This document shows positions 12,416 through 26,764 of a stretch of 64,000 bases of DNA, piece after piece. Below the pieces are notes generated by a model. That model was not told the DNA's origin, searched no databases, and worked only from the letters and a program-made list of their open reading frames with translations. This stretch comes from Octopus sinensis (taxonomy: Eukaryota), in assembly GCF_006345805.1 (NCBI RefSeq), contig NC_043018.1:9672001-9736000 (forward strand), written 5' to 3'. The position numbers were made by a program, and so were the translations under genes. Each line of letters begins with the position of its first letter. The first letter of the stretch is position 1.

Positions 12416-13223
12416 GAGATATAAATTATATAAATATTCATGCATGGGATTGCACCTACAAAGTTACAAGTCCAGGCAAGGTTGTTTATGGAAGGCCGGC
12501 AGTCGTCCATGCATACCAGCCTACCCCCTCTCCATGCCACTGATGTTATCCAAAGGATGGGCAAAGGGGCCAATACAGCTTTGCACCAGGGATGTCGCAA
12601 CTCATTTCTACAGCTGAGTGAACTGGAGCACCATGAAATAAAGTGTCTTCCTCAAGAACACAGCACACAGCCTGGTCCGGGACTTGAACTCACAACCTCA
12701 CGATCATAAGTTAGATGCTCTAACCACCGAGCCATGTGCCTTCACACATACATATGTACATACATACTACAACACATACATATGTACATTCATTCAATCA
12801 TACATATATACATACATATACACATCCACCCACCCATACATATATATACATCCATCCATCCATACATACATACATACATCCATTCATCCATGCATCCATC
12901 TATACATACACCCATCCGCCCATGCATACATACATCCATACATACATGCATACAGACAGACATACACATATACATCCATCCATCCACCCCTACACTCATT
13001 GATCCATCCACCCATCCATCCATCCATACATACATTTGTACATATCGTCTGTGTATTTATTTATATTATATGTTCTATTTTTGCATTTATGTTATTTTAT
13101 TTTGTTTCTTGGTTCCCACCTTTTGTACCGTTTCTTTCGTAAATATTTTTCTCCAGAAAATTATGCAACAGTTTTTTTTTTCTTTCTCATCTCTAAAAAA
13201 AAACCTTTGAATCTCTCCCACAG

Positions 13224-13319
13224 GACAGTGTGTACGCCGTACGCAATGCTTGGTCCTGGGCCATGCAAGTGGAATGTTGCTTACAAATTCACATCAAGAA
13301 TGCTGCTGTCTACCACCAG
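13224..13319 (+). CDS. Plakin-family exon (DSVYAVRNAWSWAMQVECCLQIHIKNAAVYHQ), spectrin repeat boundary, phase 0-0
   Basis: ctctcccacag| acceptor, CAG|gtaagt donor, 96 nt. Recognisably like the plectin/dystonin motif QWSW..QLCCCIEAHLKENAAYFQ (comparison from memory). Confidence 0.92.
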
Positions 13320-13979
13320 GTAAGTTTCAGTTTTAATACCAGAACTTTTCAAAGACAATTTGGTATTTTGTTTGTGCTTTTGTTTTTGGGTGGGGGTGGG
13401 GTGGGGTGGGGTGGGGTGGGGTGGGGTGGGGGGTGAGGGGGTCAAATGTCCAGTTTGATAAAATTGTTTGATTGCCAGAATGTCAAATTATCAACTTATT
13501 AGATTCTTAGATTGTCAGGTTGTCTTTCTCTAATCAGGCATGAGTTTACATGTTTATATCTTTGTGTAATGTATGCACACACACACACACACTGTAAATA
13601 TATGTTTGTGTGTGTGTATATATGTGTGTATGTATATATATATGTGTGTGTTTGTGTCATCATCATTATCATTTAATGCCTGCCATATACACACACAACA
13701 CACACACATATACAAGGGGATGTCCAAAAGTAACTGGAAAAGTTCCCTGTGGGACAAGCCCATTGTAGTTCAGGCTTCTGCCACTAGAAGCCACTTGTTG
13801 CGACCCTCTGGCATCAGTCTGCCAACCAGTGGCATTGGGTGAAGTCGTGCTGTCACATGGTGCATTTTTGTTTTGCAGTGCTTCTCCCCTGTTCATCAAT
13901 TTTTGAAATGGTTGAATCGGAAAGAACAGCATGCTTCCATGAAATTGTGTTTTCTGCTGGAGAAAACAGCAGCCGGACC

Positions 13980-14620
13980 TTTGAACGTCGGGTCTCACAG
14001 AGGCAATGATGAAAGACCGAGATCTCTGGAGATATGCTGCGACTGAGAAGCAAGTAAAGCAGGATCATAGCTGTCACCTACACCAGTGTCGCATAACCAG
14101 CCCACTTAAGAAAGTACCTTGGATCGTTGGGCGACATGCCGTGCTTGAAGAGACCTGATGAGTCAAGTACATCAAAATCAAATCAAACCACAATCAAATG
14201 TAAATTGTAGTTGTGGCTGATGTCAGTGCTGCCTGACTGGCTCCCCATGCTGGTGGAACATAAAAAGCACCATCTGAATGTGGTCAATACCAGCCCCCTC
14301 ACCCTGACTGGCTCCTGTGCTGGTGGCATGTAAAAAGCACCATCTGAATGTGGCCAATGCCTGTGCCACCTGACTGGCTCCTGTGCTAGTGGCACGTATA
14401 AAAAGCATCATCCGCATGTGGTCAATGCAAGCCCCTTTGCCCTGACTGGCTCCTGTGCCAGTGACAATTAAAAAGCCCCCATTACACTCTCGGAAACACT
14501 GCCAGATCAGACTGGTGCCTGGTGCGGCCACCTGGTTTGCCAGATCCCAGTCAAACTGTCCAACCCATGCCAGCATGGGTAATGGACGTTAAACAACGAC
14601 GGCGACGATGATGATATGAT
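13980..14620 (+). mobile_element. RTE-clade LINE 3' end (ORF terminus + 3' UTR with roughly 55-bp internal tandem repeats, (GAT)n tail); parent of the 'family B' short repeats
   Basis: gaaagaccgagatctctggagatatgctg encodes KDRDLWRYA; tail ccaacccatgccagcatgg...ggacgttaaac..gatgat. Short copies at 1845, 8660, 11265(-), 20860, 22270, 30225(-), 32700. Confidence 0.75.
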
Positions 14621-14639
14621 GCTTCAAACTGCTCACAAG

Positions 14640-15245
14640 GATGCTTCCATAAGCAAAATACAAGTTTATAAGTAGTTGTCAGGCTTTCGGAATGGTCTCT
14701 TGTTGCTTGAAGACCAACCTTGTTCCAGGCAACCGTCTGCCTACCAAATGAGTGAAAACATCACAAAAATTCATGAAGTGATCTTGGAGGGCTGTTGCCG
14801 AACAATTGACAAACTTGTTGATCTGATTGGTGTGTCTTGCAGCTCCTGCCAAGGAATTTTGAATAAGGAATTTTGAATGGAAAGAGTTGCAACAATATTT
14901 GTGCCTTGCTTGCTCATTGAAAATCGAAAGTAGTCACGACTGAATATGTGTTGTGAACTGAAAGAACAGAAGTCGATCTGGAACTTTCTCCAAAGGTCAT
15001 CGCTGGTGATGACATCTGGTGCTACAGAATTTTCTGATGTTAAAGAGGTGAAGAATAAAATGACAGAGGCATTAAAAAGGCATTTCTTTGCAAGAGTTCC
15101 GGCACTGCTTCGAACAGTGGAAAGTGCATCTGGACCAATGCATTGCTTCAAATGGAGAATACTTTGAAAGCCAAAGAAGTGTAAATGTGTAGAACTAAGT
15201 GAATGAAAAAACATTGCAAAATTCCAGCATTTTTTGGGGTACCCT
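14640..15245 (+). mobile_element. Internally deleted mariner (DD34D-type) remnant
   Basis: FRNGLLLLEDQPCSRQP..., [18 protein letters not shown] (first catalytic D region), then a jump to C-terminal [11 protein letters not shown] and ..GEYFE-like sequence. Confidence 0.75.
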
Positions 15246-15249
15246 CTCT

Positions 15250-16000
<751 letters not shown>

Positions 16001-16203
16001 GGGTATGTGTGTACATACACGCGCACACACACATATATATATATGCGCGAGTGTGTGTGTTTGCAAGCCTATGTGTCAGTATATTAGTATGTGTTTATGT
16101 CTGTATGAACCTGCTTGCCAAATTTACTGTGTATGTGTCTTTACACACACACACACACACACACCTATCTGAACACGTTTTTTCTTTCCTTTTTTTCTCG
16201 CAG

Positions 16204-16326
16204 TATTTCTACGATGTCCAACATCTTCTGGAAGACATGAATGGATTCCTGTCTTGGTTGAACTGTGTGAAGATGAAACGGAAACTGGAAATTGGTGACC
16301 CAGATGTTATGGGGTCACACATCAGG
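16204..16326 (+). CDS. Plakin-family exon (YFYDVQHLLEDMNGFLSWLNCVKMKRKLEIGDPDVMGSHIR), phase 0-0
   Basis: ttttttctcgcag| acceptor, AGG|gtaagc donor, 123 nt. Continues the (Y/F)F.DV motif after YHQ. Confidence 0.9.
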
Positions 16327-16444
16327 GTAAGCGGTGCACTGCAGGGCTTTTATTTCACTCTCTCTTGCTTTCTCGTTAACATCTTCAAAGGGATTTGTGT
16401 CACCATAAGTTGGTTGTGAGTTTACTCAATTGGAAAGTATGTCG

Positions 16445-17075
16445 CCAACATCATCATCATCATCATTGTTATCATTACCAACATCACCATCATCATCATT
16501 ATTACCATCACTATGAACATCACCACCATCATCATCATCGTCACCATCATCATCATCATTGTCACCAACATCATCATTACCACCACCACCACCACCATCA
16601 TCATTGTATTGTCATCATCACTATCATCACCAACATCATCATTACCACCACCACCATCATCATCATCATCACCTTCATTATCATCATCATCATCATCATT
16701 GTATTGTCATCATCATTATCATCACCAACATCATCATTACCACCACCACCACCACCACCACCATCATCATCATCACCTTCACTATCATCACCATCATCAT
16801 TGTATTGTCATCATCATCATTAACGTCATCATCACCAACATCATCATTACCATCACTCACCATCACCATCATTACCACCGTCATCATCATCATCATCATC
16901 ATCACCTTCACTATTATCACCATCATCAATATCATCACCATTACCATCATTGTCATCATCATCACCTTCACTATCATCACCACCATTATCGCTTCATCAC
17001 CACTATCATCACCATCATCATTGTCATAGTCACAATCACCAACATCATCACTCCCGCCACCACCATCACCACCGT
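16445..17075. repeat. Intronic (CAT/CAC)n triplet field; similar at 46828-47350
   Basis: Direct inspection; lies 120 bp after the plakin exon donor. Confidence 0.9.
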
Positions 17076-17819
17076 CGATATATTAGTGCTGTTTCATCCA
17101 TCTCTATGGTCTGAGTTTAAATTCTGCAGAGGTTGACTTTGCATTTCATCTTTCCAGGGTCGATAAACCAAGTAACTACCCATTAAACACTCTTGCCAAA
17201 ATTTTAGGCGTTTCTGCCAAAATTAGAATGAATTATCATTATTGTTGAGCTAGCAGGAGTGGCTGTGTGTTAAGTAGCTTGCCTACCAACCACATGGTTC
17301 CTAGTTCAGTCCCACTGCGTGGCACCTTGGGCAAGTGTCCTTACTATAGCCTTGGACCAACCAAAGCTTTGTGAGTGGATTTGGTAGACGGAAACTGAAA
17401 GAAGCCCATTGTATATATGCATGTGTGTGTTTGTCCCCCCAACATCGCTTGACAACTGATGCTGGTGTATTTATGTCCCCTTAGCGGTTCGGCAAAAGAG
17501 ACCCATAGAATAAGTGCTAGGCTTACAAAGAATAAGTCCTGGGGTCGATTTGCTCGACTTAAGGCGGTGCTCCAGCATGGCCACAGTCAAATGACTGAAA
17601 CAAATAAAAGACAGAGTAAAAGAGCAGCAGAATCGTTCGCACGCTGGGCAAAATGCTTAGTGGTCTCTCGACCGCCCTTACGTTCTGAGTTCAAATTCCG
17701 CTGGGGTTGACTTTGCCTGTTCATCCCTTTTGAAGTCGTTAAAATGAGTACCAGTTATGCACAGGGGCTGGGTGTAATTGACTGAACACCTTTCTCAAAT
17801 TTCAGGCCTTGCACCTATA

Positions 17820-18230
17820 CTCTTTACTCTTTTACTTGTTTCAGTCATTTGACTGCGGCCATGCTGGAGCACCACCTTTAGTCGAGCAAATCGACCCCGG
17901 GACTTATTCTTTGTAAGCCCAGTACTTATTCTATCGGTCTCTTTTGCCAAACCGCTAAGTGACGGGGACGTAAACACACCAGCATCGGTTGTCAAGCAAT
18001 GCTAGGGGGACAAACACAGACACACAAACACACACACACACATACATATATATATATACATATATACGACAGGCTTCTTTCAGTTTCCGTCTACCAAATC
18101 CACTCACAAGGCATTGGTCGGCCCGGGGCTATAGCAGAAGACACTTGCCCAAGATGCCACGCAGTGGGACTGAACCCGGAACCATGTGGTTGGTTAGCAA
18201 GCTACTTACCACACAGCCACTCCTGCGCCT
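17820..18230 (-). mobile_element. SINE family A, full-length antisense copy
   Basis: Reverse complement of 12007-12415, 17252-17625 and 18819-19202. Confidence 0.9.
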
Positions 18231-19902
18231 ATGGTAGAAAGAATTGTTATTATGATTGTCATCACCTCCATCACACTTGCTGTCACCAACATTGCTTTCA
18301 CACTCACCCGTCCTTCTCCAGCCCTTCTTCTCTTCAATATCATCGCTTCAGCCATCCTCCCCCCTCTTCCCCACCATCATCACATCCCTATCGTCGTTAT
18401 CATCCACGCAAATTACATCTATTGCTTATCGTCCCCATTGCTCTACCCCCTACCTTCACCACACGGAGTTAAATAGCTGGGTGTGTCTTGTCTTTAATTT
18501 GGTGTTGAGGTTGTTTATGGCAATGATGTTGATGTTGATGATGATGATGATGATGGTGTTATCAAGGACATGTACAGCTATCGAAGGGATCAGGTAAGAG
18601 AAGCACTTGAAGTGTTTTTAAGGGTGTGGTAAAAGTTTACATGTTGAAGGGTGAGAGACAGACAGATAGATAGATAGATAGATAGATAGAGGGGGAGAGA
18701 GAGAAAGGGAGAAAGAGAGAGATAAACAGATAAAGCAGACTGATAGATAATCGATGGATAAATAGATAGACAGATGGATAGTAGACAGATAATAGATAAA
18801 TATGTATACATAGGCATTGGAGTGGCTGTGTGGTATGTAGCTTGCTTACCAACCACATGGTTCTGAGTTCACTCCCACTGCGTGTCACCTTGGGCAAGTG
18901 TCTTCTACTATAGCCTCGGGCCGACCAAAGCCTTGTGAGTGGATTTGGTAGACAGAAACTGAAAGAAGCCCGTCGTATATATGTATATATATATATATAT
19001 GTATGTGCGTGTTTGTGTGTCTGTGTTTGTCCCCCCAGCATCACTTGACAACCGATGCTGGTGTGTTTACATCCCTGTAACTTAGTGGTTGGGCAAAAGA
19101 ATAAGTTTTAGGATTACAGAGAATAAGTTCTGGGGTTGATTTGCTCGACTAAAGGCAGTGCTCCAGCATGGCCACAGTCAAATGACTGAAACAAGTAAAA
19201 GAGTATATATATCCATACATACACACATGCATACACACACATGCACACACAGACATAGATAGCTACATGTTGGATAGCTGTTGATTGATTGAGTGAAAGC
19301 CAGGCAGGCAGGCAGTTAGGTATATAGATAGATAGGAAGGTAGATATATGGATAGGTAGATAGATGTATAGATAGATAGGTATGTAGATATATAGATAGG
19401 TAGATAGATAGATGGATTAGATAGATAGATAGAAAAAGATAGGTAGGTAGATAGTTATAAATAGATGTTGATACATAGTGTGAAGAGAAAGAGACAGACA
19501 TATAGGGTGATAGAGAGAAAGAGAGATAGACATAGATACAGAGAGGGGGAGAGAGAGAGAGGATAGAAGGATAGAAATACAGCCAGAAAAACAGACATAC
19601 ACAGATGCAGACTGACTGACAGACAGATAGATTGAGAGAAGGAAGGAAGATGTGTTTGAGAAGAAGATAATCTTTTCCTTTGAGTGGACAAACGAAAGAT
19701 AGCAACCATTTTACTGAAGTGGAAGAAAATTGCTGGCAGAGATCTGGAAAATTGTTGGTTGAGATTCTGGAATGATGTTGGTAAGAAAATGATATATAAA
19801 CAGAGAGGGAGATAGATAGGTAGATAGATGGAGAGAGACAGATGGAGAGAGATAGAGATAACTAGGTTGTGGGAAGAGAGAGAGAGACGGACAGACAGAT
19901 AG

Positions 19903-19940
<38 letters not shown>

Positions 19941-20132
19941 GGTGGGGAGGGAGGAGGATCGAGACATTAGAGATGGCTCGTTGGAAGAAGGAAGATTTTA
20001 TCCTCTGAAAAGTTATGGAAAATGTAAAAAAAAAAAAAATAATAAATAAATAAAAGCGAAAAAGAGCAACAAATAACAATAACAATAACAATAATAATAA
20101 TAATGATAATAATAATAATAATAATAATAATG

Positions 20133-20164
<32 letters not shown>

Positions 20165-21899
20165 TATAATAACAATAATAATAATAATAACAATAACAAT
20201 AATAATAATAATAGTAATAATAGTAATGATAATAATGTTTTTTTAAAAAATAATTAAAGTCACATCTTATCAGAACATGAAATATAATAGTTTTCCCCTC
20301 AGGTGTAAACGTAATCTACTACGGAGAAACATTACATTAATCATCATATAACTCTCCTCCCCTGGTCCCCACCCTGTGCCATCACTCCTCCCACCAACCA
20401 CCAGTCCCTAGTTTCTCTCTGCTTGTTGAGTTTCCTGACTCAATACAAACAACATAAACACCGGCCTTCAATTTCTTGTGTTCTTCATTTATCTGCCGTC
20501 TGCCGGTATTTTTGCTGTTTATCTCCTCAGTGAAATCTTGTTCCGGTTGCCAAACAAACAGACCGCAAAAACTAACACCTAAAGCGTTTATTTAAGTTTA
20601 TTTAAATTTGTTATGGAGACGTAACCAAAGGAATTGATAAAACCAAAATCTTCAGCAATATGCATTGCAGTCTTTAAATTCTAAATTACATTTGAAATAC
20701 AGGGAAGGCCATAATGAAGGGACAGATCTTAAATGCTTGTGTCTTGGATTATGGGAATGATATAGAGAACCAAATATATTTATTATAGAACTGATATACA
20801 GGAATTCGACATATTATCCAATATTTGAATATTACATCATGGAGATGGTCTTTGTGGTAAGTAGCTGCCTGGTGCAGCCTCCTGGCTTCCCAGACCCCGA
20901 TCGAACTGTCCAGCCCATGCCAGCATGGAAAACAGACATTAAACAATGATGATGATGTTGTTATGGGAGAATCATGAACACCCAACTTGGGACTGAAGTT
21001 AGACTAACCGATTACAATAAATAAGAACTGAGTGAACTGCAGGGGTAGCTGATGGTGTTAGTTTGACCATGTGTTGGTTTAACAGTCGGGAGTTGAATAG
21101 TAAATATCGAGTACTGTTCTGATGTTTGAGTACTATGGAGTGCATTTTGTGTTAATTCATATTTCTGTGATAGGTTATTTTTAGATAACCATGACCAACC
21201 ATTTATTAGTGTAATACTATTTTATACCAGATGTGTATATCCATGTCATAGCAATGTCATTTTTATAATCCAATCTACTAGCATTTAAAACGTGTCCCAT
21301 CATTATGGCCCACTCTGTATATTTCTGTCTAGTACCTTCTGCTGTGTTCACCTTGGTCAATGAATGGTGCTGGCATGGCTATGTGGTTGGACCAGCTCAC
21401 TTTGCAACCGTCTGATTTTGGGGTCAATTCCTCTGCACATCTTGCGAAAGCATCTTCTACAATAGCCCTTAGCCTTAGGTAGACCATTGTCTTGTGAGGG
21501 AATTTGGTTGATGGAAACTGTATGGAAGGAAGCTTGTCATATGTATGTGTGTGCATGTGGGTCTGTGTGTGTGTGTGCACATGGGTCTGTGTGTGGATGG
21601 ATTTGTGTGTGTGTGTGTTTTTGTACCCCACCACCGCTTGACAGCTGGTATTGGTTTATATTCCTGTGACTTAACAGTTTGGCAAAAGGGACAAACAATA
21701 TCCTTTAATCCTTTTCTCTTTTACTTATTTCAGTCATTTGACTGCAGACATGCTGGAGCACTGCCTTGAAGGATTTTAGTTGAACAATTCGACCCCATGA
21801 CACATCGTTTTTAAACCTAGTTCTTATTCTATCATTCATTTTTACTGAACTACTAAGTTACGAGGACGTAACACTGGTCAAAGACGCACACACATATAA

Positions 21900-21941
<42 letters not shown>

Positions 21942-22819
21942 GATGGGCTTCCTTCAGTTTCCTTCTACCAAATCTACTCACAAGGCTTTGGTTGGCTCAA
22001 GGCTATAGTAGAAGACATTTGCCCAAGGTGCCATGCAGTAGGACTGAACCTGGAACCATGTGGCTGGGAAGCAAACTTCTTACCACACAGCCACACCTAC
22101 CAGACTTAAATTTAAAAAATATAAATGCTGGGGTCAGTCTTTCTGACTAAAATCCTTGTAAGTGGTGCCCCAGCATGGCCATAGTCCAGTGACAGAAACA
22201 AATAGAAATTAAAAGGTAAAATAAGTGATGAATCAACGGAGACAATATTTGGTACAGAACATCACTCTTAAGCCTCGCTGAGAACTTCACCACCTCTCTG
22301 GTGCTGGTGCTATGATAAAATGCATCCAGTACATTAGCTGTAAAGTGGTTGGTGTTATGAATGGTATCTAGCTATAGAAATTATGGAGTATGTAAGAGAG
22401 GACTGCAGCCTGTCTGGAAGGGGCAGTAACTCCATATCAGAATTGTTCCACCCATGCTAGCAAGGAAAGTGGACATAAAAGGGTGGTGATGATGATGATG
22501 ATAACAATGATGGTGAGGAGCCACCCTTTGCTCTCATCATAGTCCTTAATCTTTCCTCAATTGAAGATAGAATAGTGGGTAAATTAATAACAGATAATCG
22601 TATATTCCGCACCCTGTGTGTGTTTGCACGCATGTGTGTGCATGCATGTGTGTGTGTGTGTGTGTGTGTATTCACAGTGGGCTTCTTTCAGTTTCTCTCT
22701 ACCAAATCCACATATAGTCTGTTGCCGTCTGTAATTCATAGAATGTGTTATTTGAATATTAACAGATGAAATTCTTCAGTTTGTTCATAATTTTTTTTTT
22801 GTCTCTTTTTTTTTTCTAG

Positions 22820-22966
22820 AATGTTCTAAACCATTTACTGGATTACCAGCTACGAACCGAGAAGTTGTTTGAACAAAGTCGTCAAGTGTACCCAGTAAAT
22901 GCTCGCACCGAACCCCTAAAACATGCTGTGAAAGCCAAAGTTCTACTGTGTTACCAACATGAAGAT
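22820..22966 (+). CDS. Plakin-family exon (NVLNHLLDYQLRTEKLFEQSRQVYPVNARTEPLKHAVKAKVLLCYQHED), end of spectrin helix and start of SH3, phase 0-0
   Basis: Long T tract + ctag| acceptor, GAT|gtaagt donor, 147 nt. Matches the plakin pattern L..RAK.V..L.PR...P....L.V.A.CDY. Confidence 0.92.
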
Positions 22967-23122
22967 GTAAGTTTTATTTATTGACTGAACAAACCTAACA
23001 GTCAACACTTCAACATTTTAGCATTTCAACTGGCCGTTCAGCCCAAATATTTTGCCTGTTTCATGTTCAAACCAACCAGATCTGGTCTCTTACACCTACC
23101 CTACACTGTCATTCTACAAGTA

Positions 23123-23633
23123 CCATAAATCCTCGAGTATAATCCCCATTTTTTACATAAATTTAAAGGTCAAAATTCCTAGTGCGTACTATACACGAGG
23201 TTAAAAATGAAAATTATTTTCTAAGCAATCTCCGAGTCTCTATTTGCTGTTCGGTAATGTTTATTCAGACGCATTTTGTGATGTCGGACACGAAAATACC
23301 TTAAGCTAAGCCTGAAAGCAATGAAGTCATAAAAGAATCATCCATAACTTGCAATAAGCAACATTTATTAAACGTTATTACTGTTATTTATTTATTTTCT
23401 GCAAACAAAATGCACAAAAAAGCTACACGTTTGCATTATGTTCTCTATACAATAATAATAAAGGATGTTACCGTATACATTTTTACAAACCAAGGACGTT
23501 ATATAGACCTCCTTGACTCAAGTTAGAGAAGGGGTGCGTATTATACACAAGGTTTAGGTTTTTCAGAGATACAGCCCCCTAAAAATCCCCTGTGTATTAT
23601 ATTCAAGGGTGGGCTATACTCGACGATTTACGG
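23123..23633. mobile_element. Tc2/pogo-like MITE nested inside a TTAA-type MITE
   Basis: TIRs ccataaatcctcgagtata / tatactcgacgatttacgg and repeated subterminal gtgcgtaytatac boxes. Host MITE sequence resumes on both sides. Confidence 0.7.
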
Positions 23634-24439
23634 TGAACAGTCACATCATCGAAATCTCAAAGCTACATAGTAATGCATAACTGATTTCTATCAATGTAAA
23701 TAAATAAAATTACATTTGACAGAGTAATCTGAATGCTGAAAGGGTAAACCAGTCATGTCCACCTGCAATATTCCACCAGTTTAATGTTCAAAACTGGTCA
23801 TATCTAGCCTCTCACACTTACCCTACAATGTCATTCTAAAAATAAACTAAAAATAAGCAATCACGTCATCTTTGAAATCCTGAAGCTATTAGATAATACA
23901 TGATTAATTCAAAACATTGGGAATAAATAAACAGGAGTGGCTGTGTGGTAAGTAGCTTTCTTACCAACCACATGGTTCTGGGTTCATTCCCACTGCATGG
24001 CACCTTGGGCAAGTGTCTTCTACTATAGCCTCGGGCCGACCAAAGCCTTGTGAGTGGATTTGGTAGATGGAAACTGAAAGAAGCCTGTCGTATATATGTA
24101 TATGTATATATATATTTATATATGTATGTGTGTGTATATGTTTGTGTGTCTGTGTTTGTCCCCCTAACATTGCTTGACAACCGATGCTGATATGTTTACA
24201 TCCCCGTAACATAGTGGTTCGGCAAAAGAGACCAATAGAATAAGTACTAGGCTTACAAAGAATAAGTCCTGGGGGTCGATTTGCTCGACTAAAGGCAGTG
24301 CTCCAGCATGGCTGCAGTCAAATGACTGAAACAAGTAAAAGTGTAAAGAGCACACACACACAAACATACCCACCCCCACACAAATACACACATGCACACA
24401 CACACACACACACTCATAACCAAAGGGTATAGGACATGC

Positions 24440-24640
24440 ATGCTACTGTAGTTAATCCGTGTCACAATTGTGGGACAGATAACTCAATATCATTGTAGTC
24501 CAGTTAGTGCCAGAGTATTCAACACCCTTGGCCAGCCCCATACGAAAACTCGTCCTTTCCAAACATTGGTTCTGACTGTCCTCCTCAGCAGCACTGAGAC
24601 CTGGACCATCCTCAAACAAGACCTGAATAAGCTCAAGGTA
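24440..24640 (+). mobile_element. LINE reverse-transcriptase C-terminal fragment
   Basis: TKTRPFQTLVLTVLLSSTETWTILKQDLNKL resembles the LINE P.L.YG.ETW motif. Confidence 0.6.
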
Positions 24641-25717
24641 ATTTATCGACCTCGAAAGGCTGAAAGGCAAAGTCGACCTCAGTGGAATTTGAACTCAGAA
24701 TGTAAAGACAGACGAAATACCACTAAGCATTTCACCCAGCGTGCTAACGTTTCTACCAGCTCACCACCAGTTCTCTTTTTATTGATAAGTCCTTGTGTTT
24801 TCCCCTATCGCTAACTGTAGCCCAACCTAGTTTGTGTAGTCGTACATAACACCAGCCCTGATTGTGGCTGCCATCGTTACGAGGGTGTTGCATGAAACCC
24901 GACACCATGAAATATATCTGCGATGGATTGGAGAGATAAATGAGACGATTATACCAACTTACCTTGACTCAAATGTCATTGATTCTAAATACGAGTCATG
25001 AGTCACTGACACTACCAAATACCATTGCCTCGTGGAGTCATGTTACTGATTAAATACTTAGATTTTATTAATCTTTAACCTTTAATTTTTATCATTTACT
25101 TGTTTCAGTCGTTAGACTGTGGCCATGCTGGGGCACTGCCGCGAAGGGTTTTTGCTCAACAATTCAATCCCAGTATCTTTCTTTTCTTTTCTTTTTTATT
25201 TTTAAAGTCTGGTACTTGTTCTCGCGTCTATAAATTTACATGGATGTAAACAAACCAACACCAGTTGTCAAGTAGTGGTGGTGGGAGGTAAACACAGAGA
25301 TGATACACACACACACACACACACACACATGCACAGGTATATATGTATACATACATATATGTGTGTGTACATCCATACATGTGTGTGTGTGTGTGTGCAC
25401 ATGCATGCATACGTGTGTTCATGTGCATGTGTGTATACACTCACATACATATACACACATGTGTGTGATGGGCTTCTTTCACCTTCCATTTACCAAATTT
25501 TTCTCACAAGTTTTTGGTTGGTACAATGCTATATTGGAAAACACTTGCCCTAGGTACTGCACTGTGAGACTGAACCCAAGACCTCATAGTTGAGAAGCTG
25601 TTTCTTACCCACACAGCCACACTTGTATATCACATAACTACAAATAATATTTTCTCTCTCTTCTACACCCAAAACACCATTAATAATATATATATAAATA
25701 TATATATTTATATATTT

Positions 25718-25950
25718 GAAGGCGGCGAGCTGGCAGAAACATTAGCACACCGGGTGAAATGCGTAGCCGTATTTCGTCTGCCGTTACGTTCTGAGTTCAA
25801 ATTCCGCCGAGGTCAACTTTGCCTTTCATCCTTTCGGGGTCGATAAATTAAGTACCAGTTACGCCCTGGAATCGATGTAATCGACTTAATCCCTTTTTGT
25901 GTGTCCTTGTTTGTACCCTCTGTGTTTAGCCCCTTGTGGGTAGTAAAGAA
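25718..25950 (+). mobile_element. tRNA-derived SINE family C, representative copy
   Basis: ggcgagctggcagaa (A box), gagttcaaattcc (B box), core tttgcctttcatcctttcggggtcgataaattaagtaccag. About 20 copies, e.g. 8428, 17630, 27930, 33400, 40806, 49380, 51455(-), 54660(-), 55665(-). Confidence 0.88.
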
Positions 25951-26764
25951 ATTTATATAAATATATATATAGATATGGATCAGACATGTCAAGCTAAGCA
26001 AAACTGCTGTCTCCCACACATACAAGCTTGTGCTTTCAAGTGCCACTGCCGCATGGAAAGCAACCATACAAGGGGTACGTAAAAAGCACTCAGCACACTC
26101 TGTTAAGTAGTTAGCATTAGGAAGGGCATCTAGCTATTGATATTATTATTAGGTGCAGGTGTGGCTATGTAGTTTTAGGTTCAATCCCACTGCATAGCAT
26201 CTAGGGCATGTGTCTTCTATTATAGCCTTTTCTACTCTAGGTACAAGGCCTGAAATTTTGGGGTGGGGGCCAGTCAATTACATCGACCCCAGTATGCAAC
26301 TGGTACTTAATTTATCAACCCCGAAAGGATGAAAGGCAAAGTCGACCTTGGCAGAATTTGAACTCAGAAGTAAAGACAGACGAAATACTGCTAAGCATTT
26401 TGCCTGGCATGCTAACGATCCTGCTAGCTTGCCGCTTTCTACTATAGCCTTGGGCTGGCCAAAGCTTTGTGAGTGGATTTGATTGATGGAAACTGAAAGA
26501 AACCTGTCATATACATATGTATGTATCTATGTGTGCCTGCCTTTGTGTCTGTATTTGTCCCCCATCACTACTTGACAGCCTTTGTTGGGTGGGTTTACGT
26601 CCCCATAACTTAGTGGTTCAGCAAAAGAGACTAAGTAAGTACTAGGCTTTAAAAAAGAAGTCCTGGGGTTGATTTGTTCAACTAGAACCCTTCAAAGCAT
26701 TGCCCCCGCATGGCCTCAGTAAAAAATGACTGAAACAAGGAAAAGATATATATGTATATATATA

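Noticed and set aside
14200-14520. Regularly spaced short repeats resembling a CRISPR array
   Set aside because: Eukaryotic context; the units are degenerate minisatellite copies in an RTE 3' UTR with no unique spacers or cas genes.
16395-17136. Poly-His / poly-Ile/Thr ORFs resembling His-rich cephalopod structural proteins
   Set aside because: Impure (CAT/CAC)n array inside a plakin intron, open in all frames, with no splice signals or Gly/Ala-His periodicity.
17989-18472. Recurrent ORFs such as RQASFSFRLPNPLTR... and YDRLLSVSVYQIHSQG...
   Set aside because: Chance translations of antisense SINE A, repeated at many loci.
19708-19777. Possible extra plakin exon ending GTTG|gtaaga
   Set aside because: Weak acceptor, phase incompatible with the flanking phase-0 exons, and 16326>22820 already gives a continuous plakin alignment.
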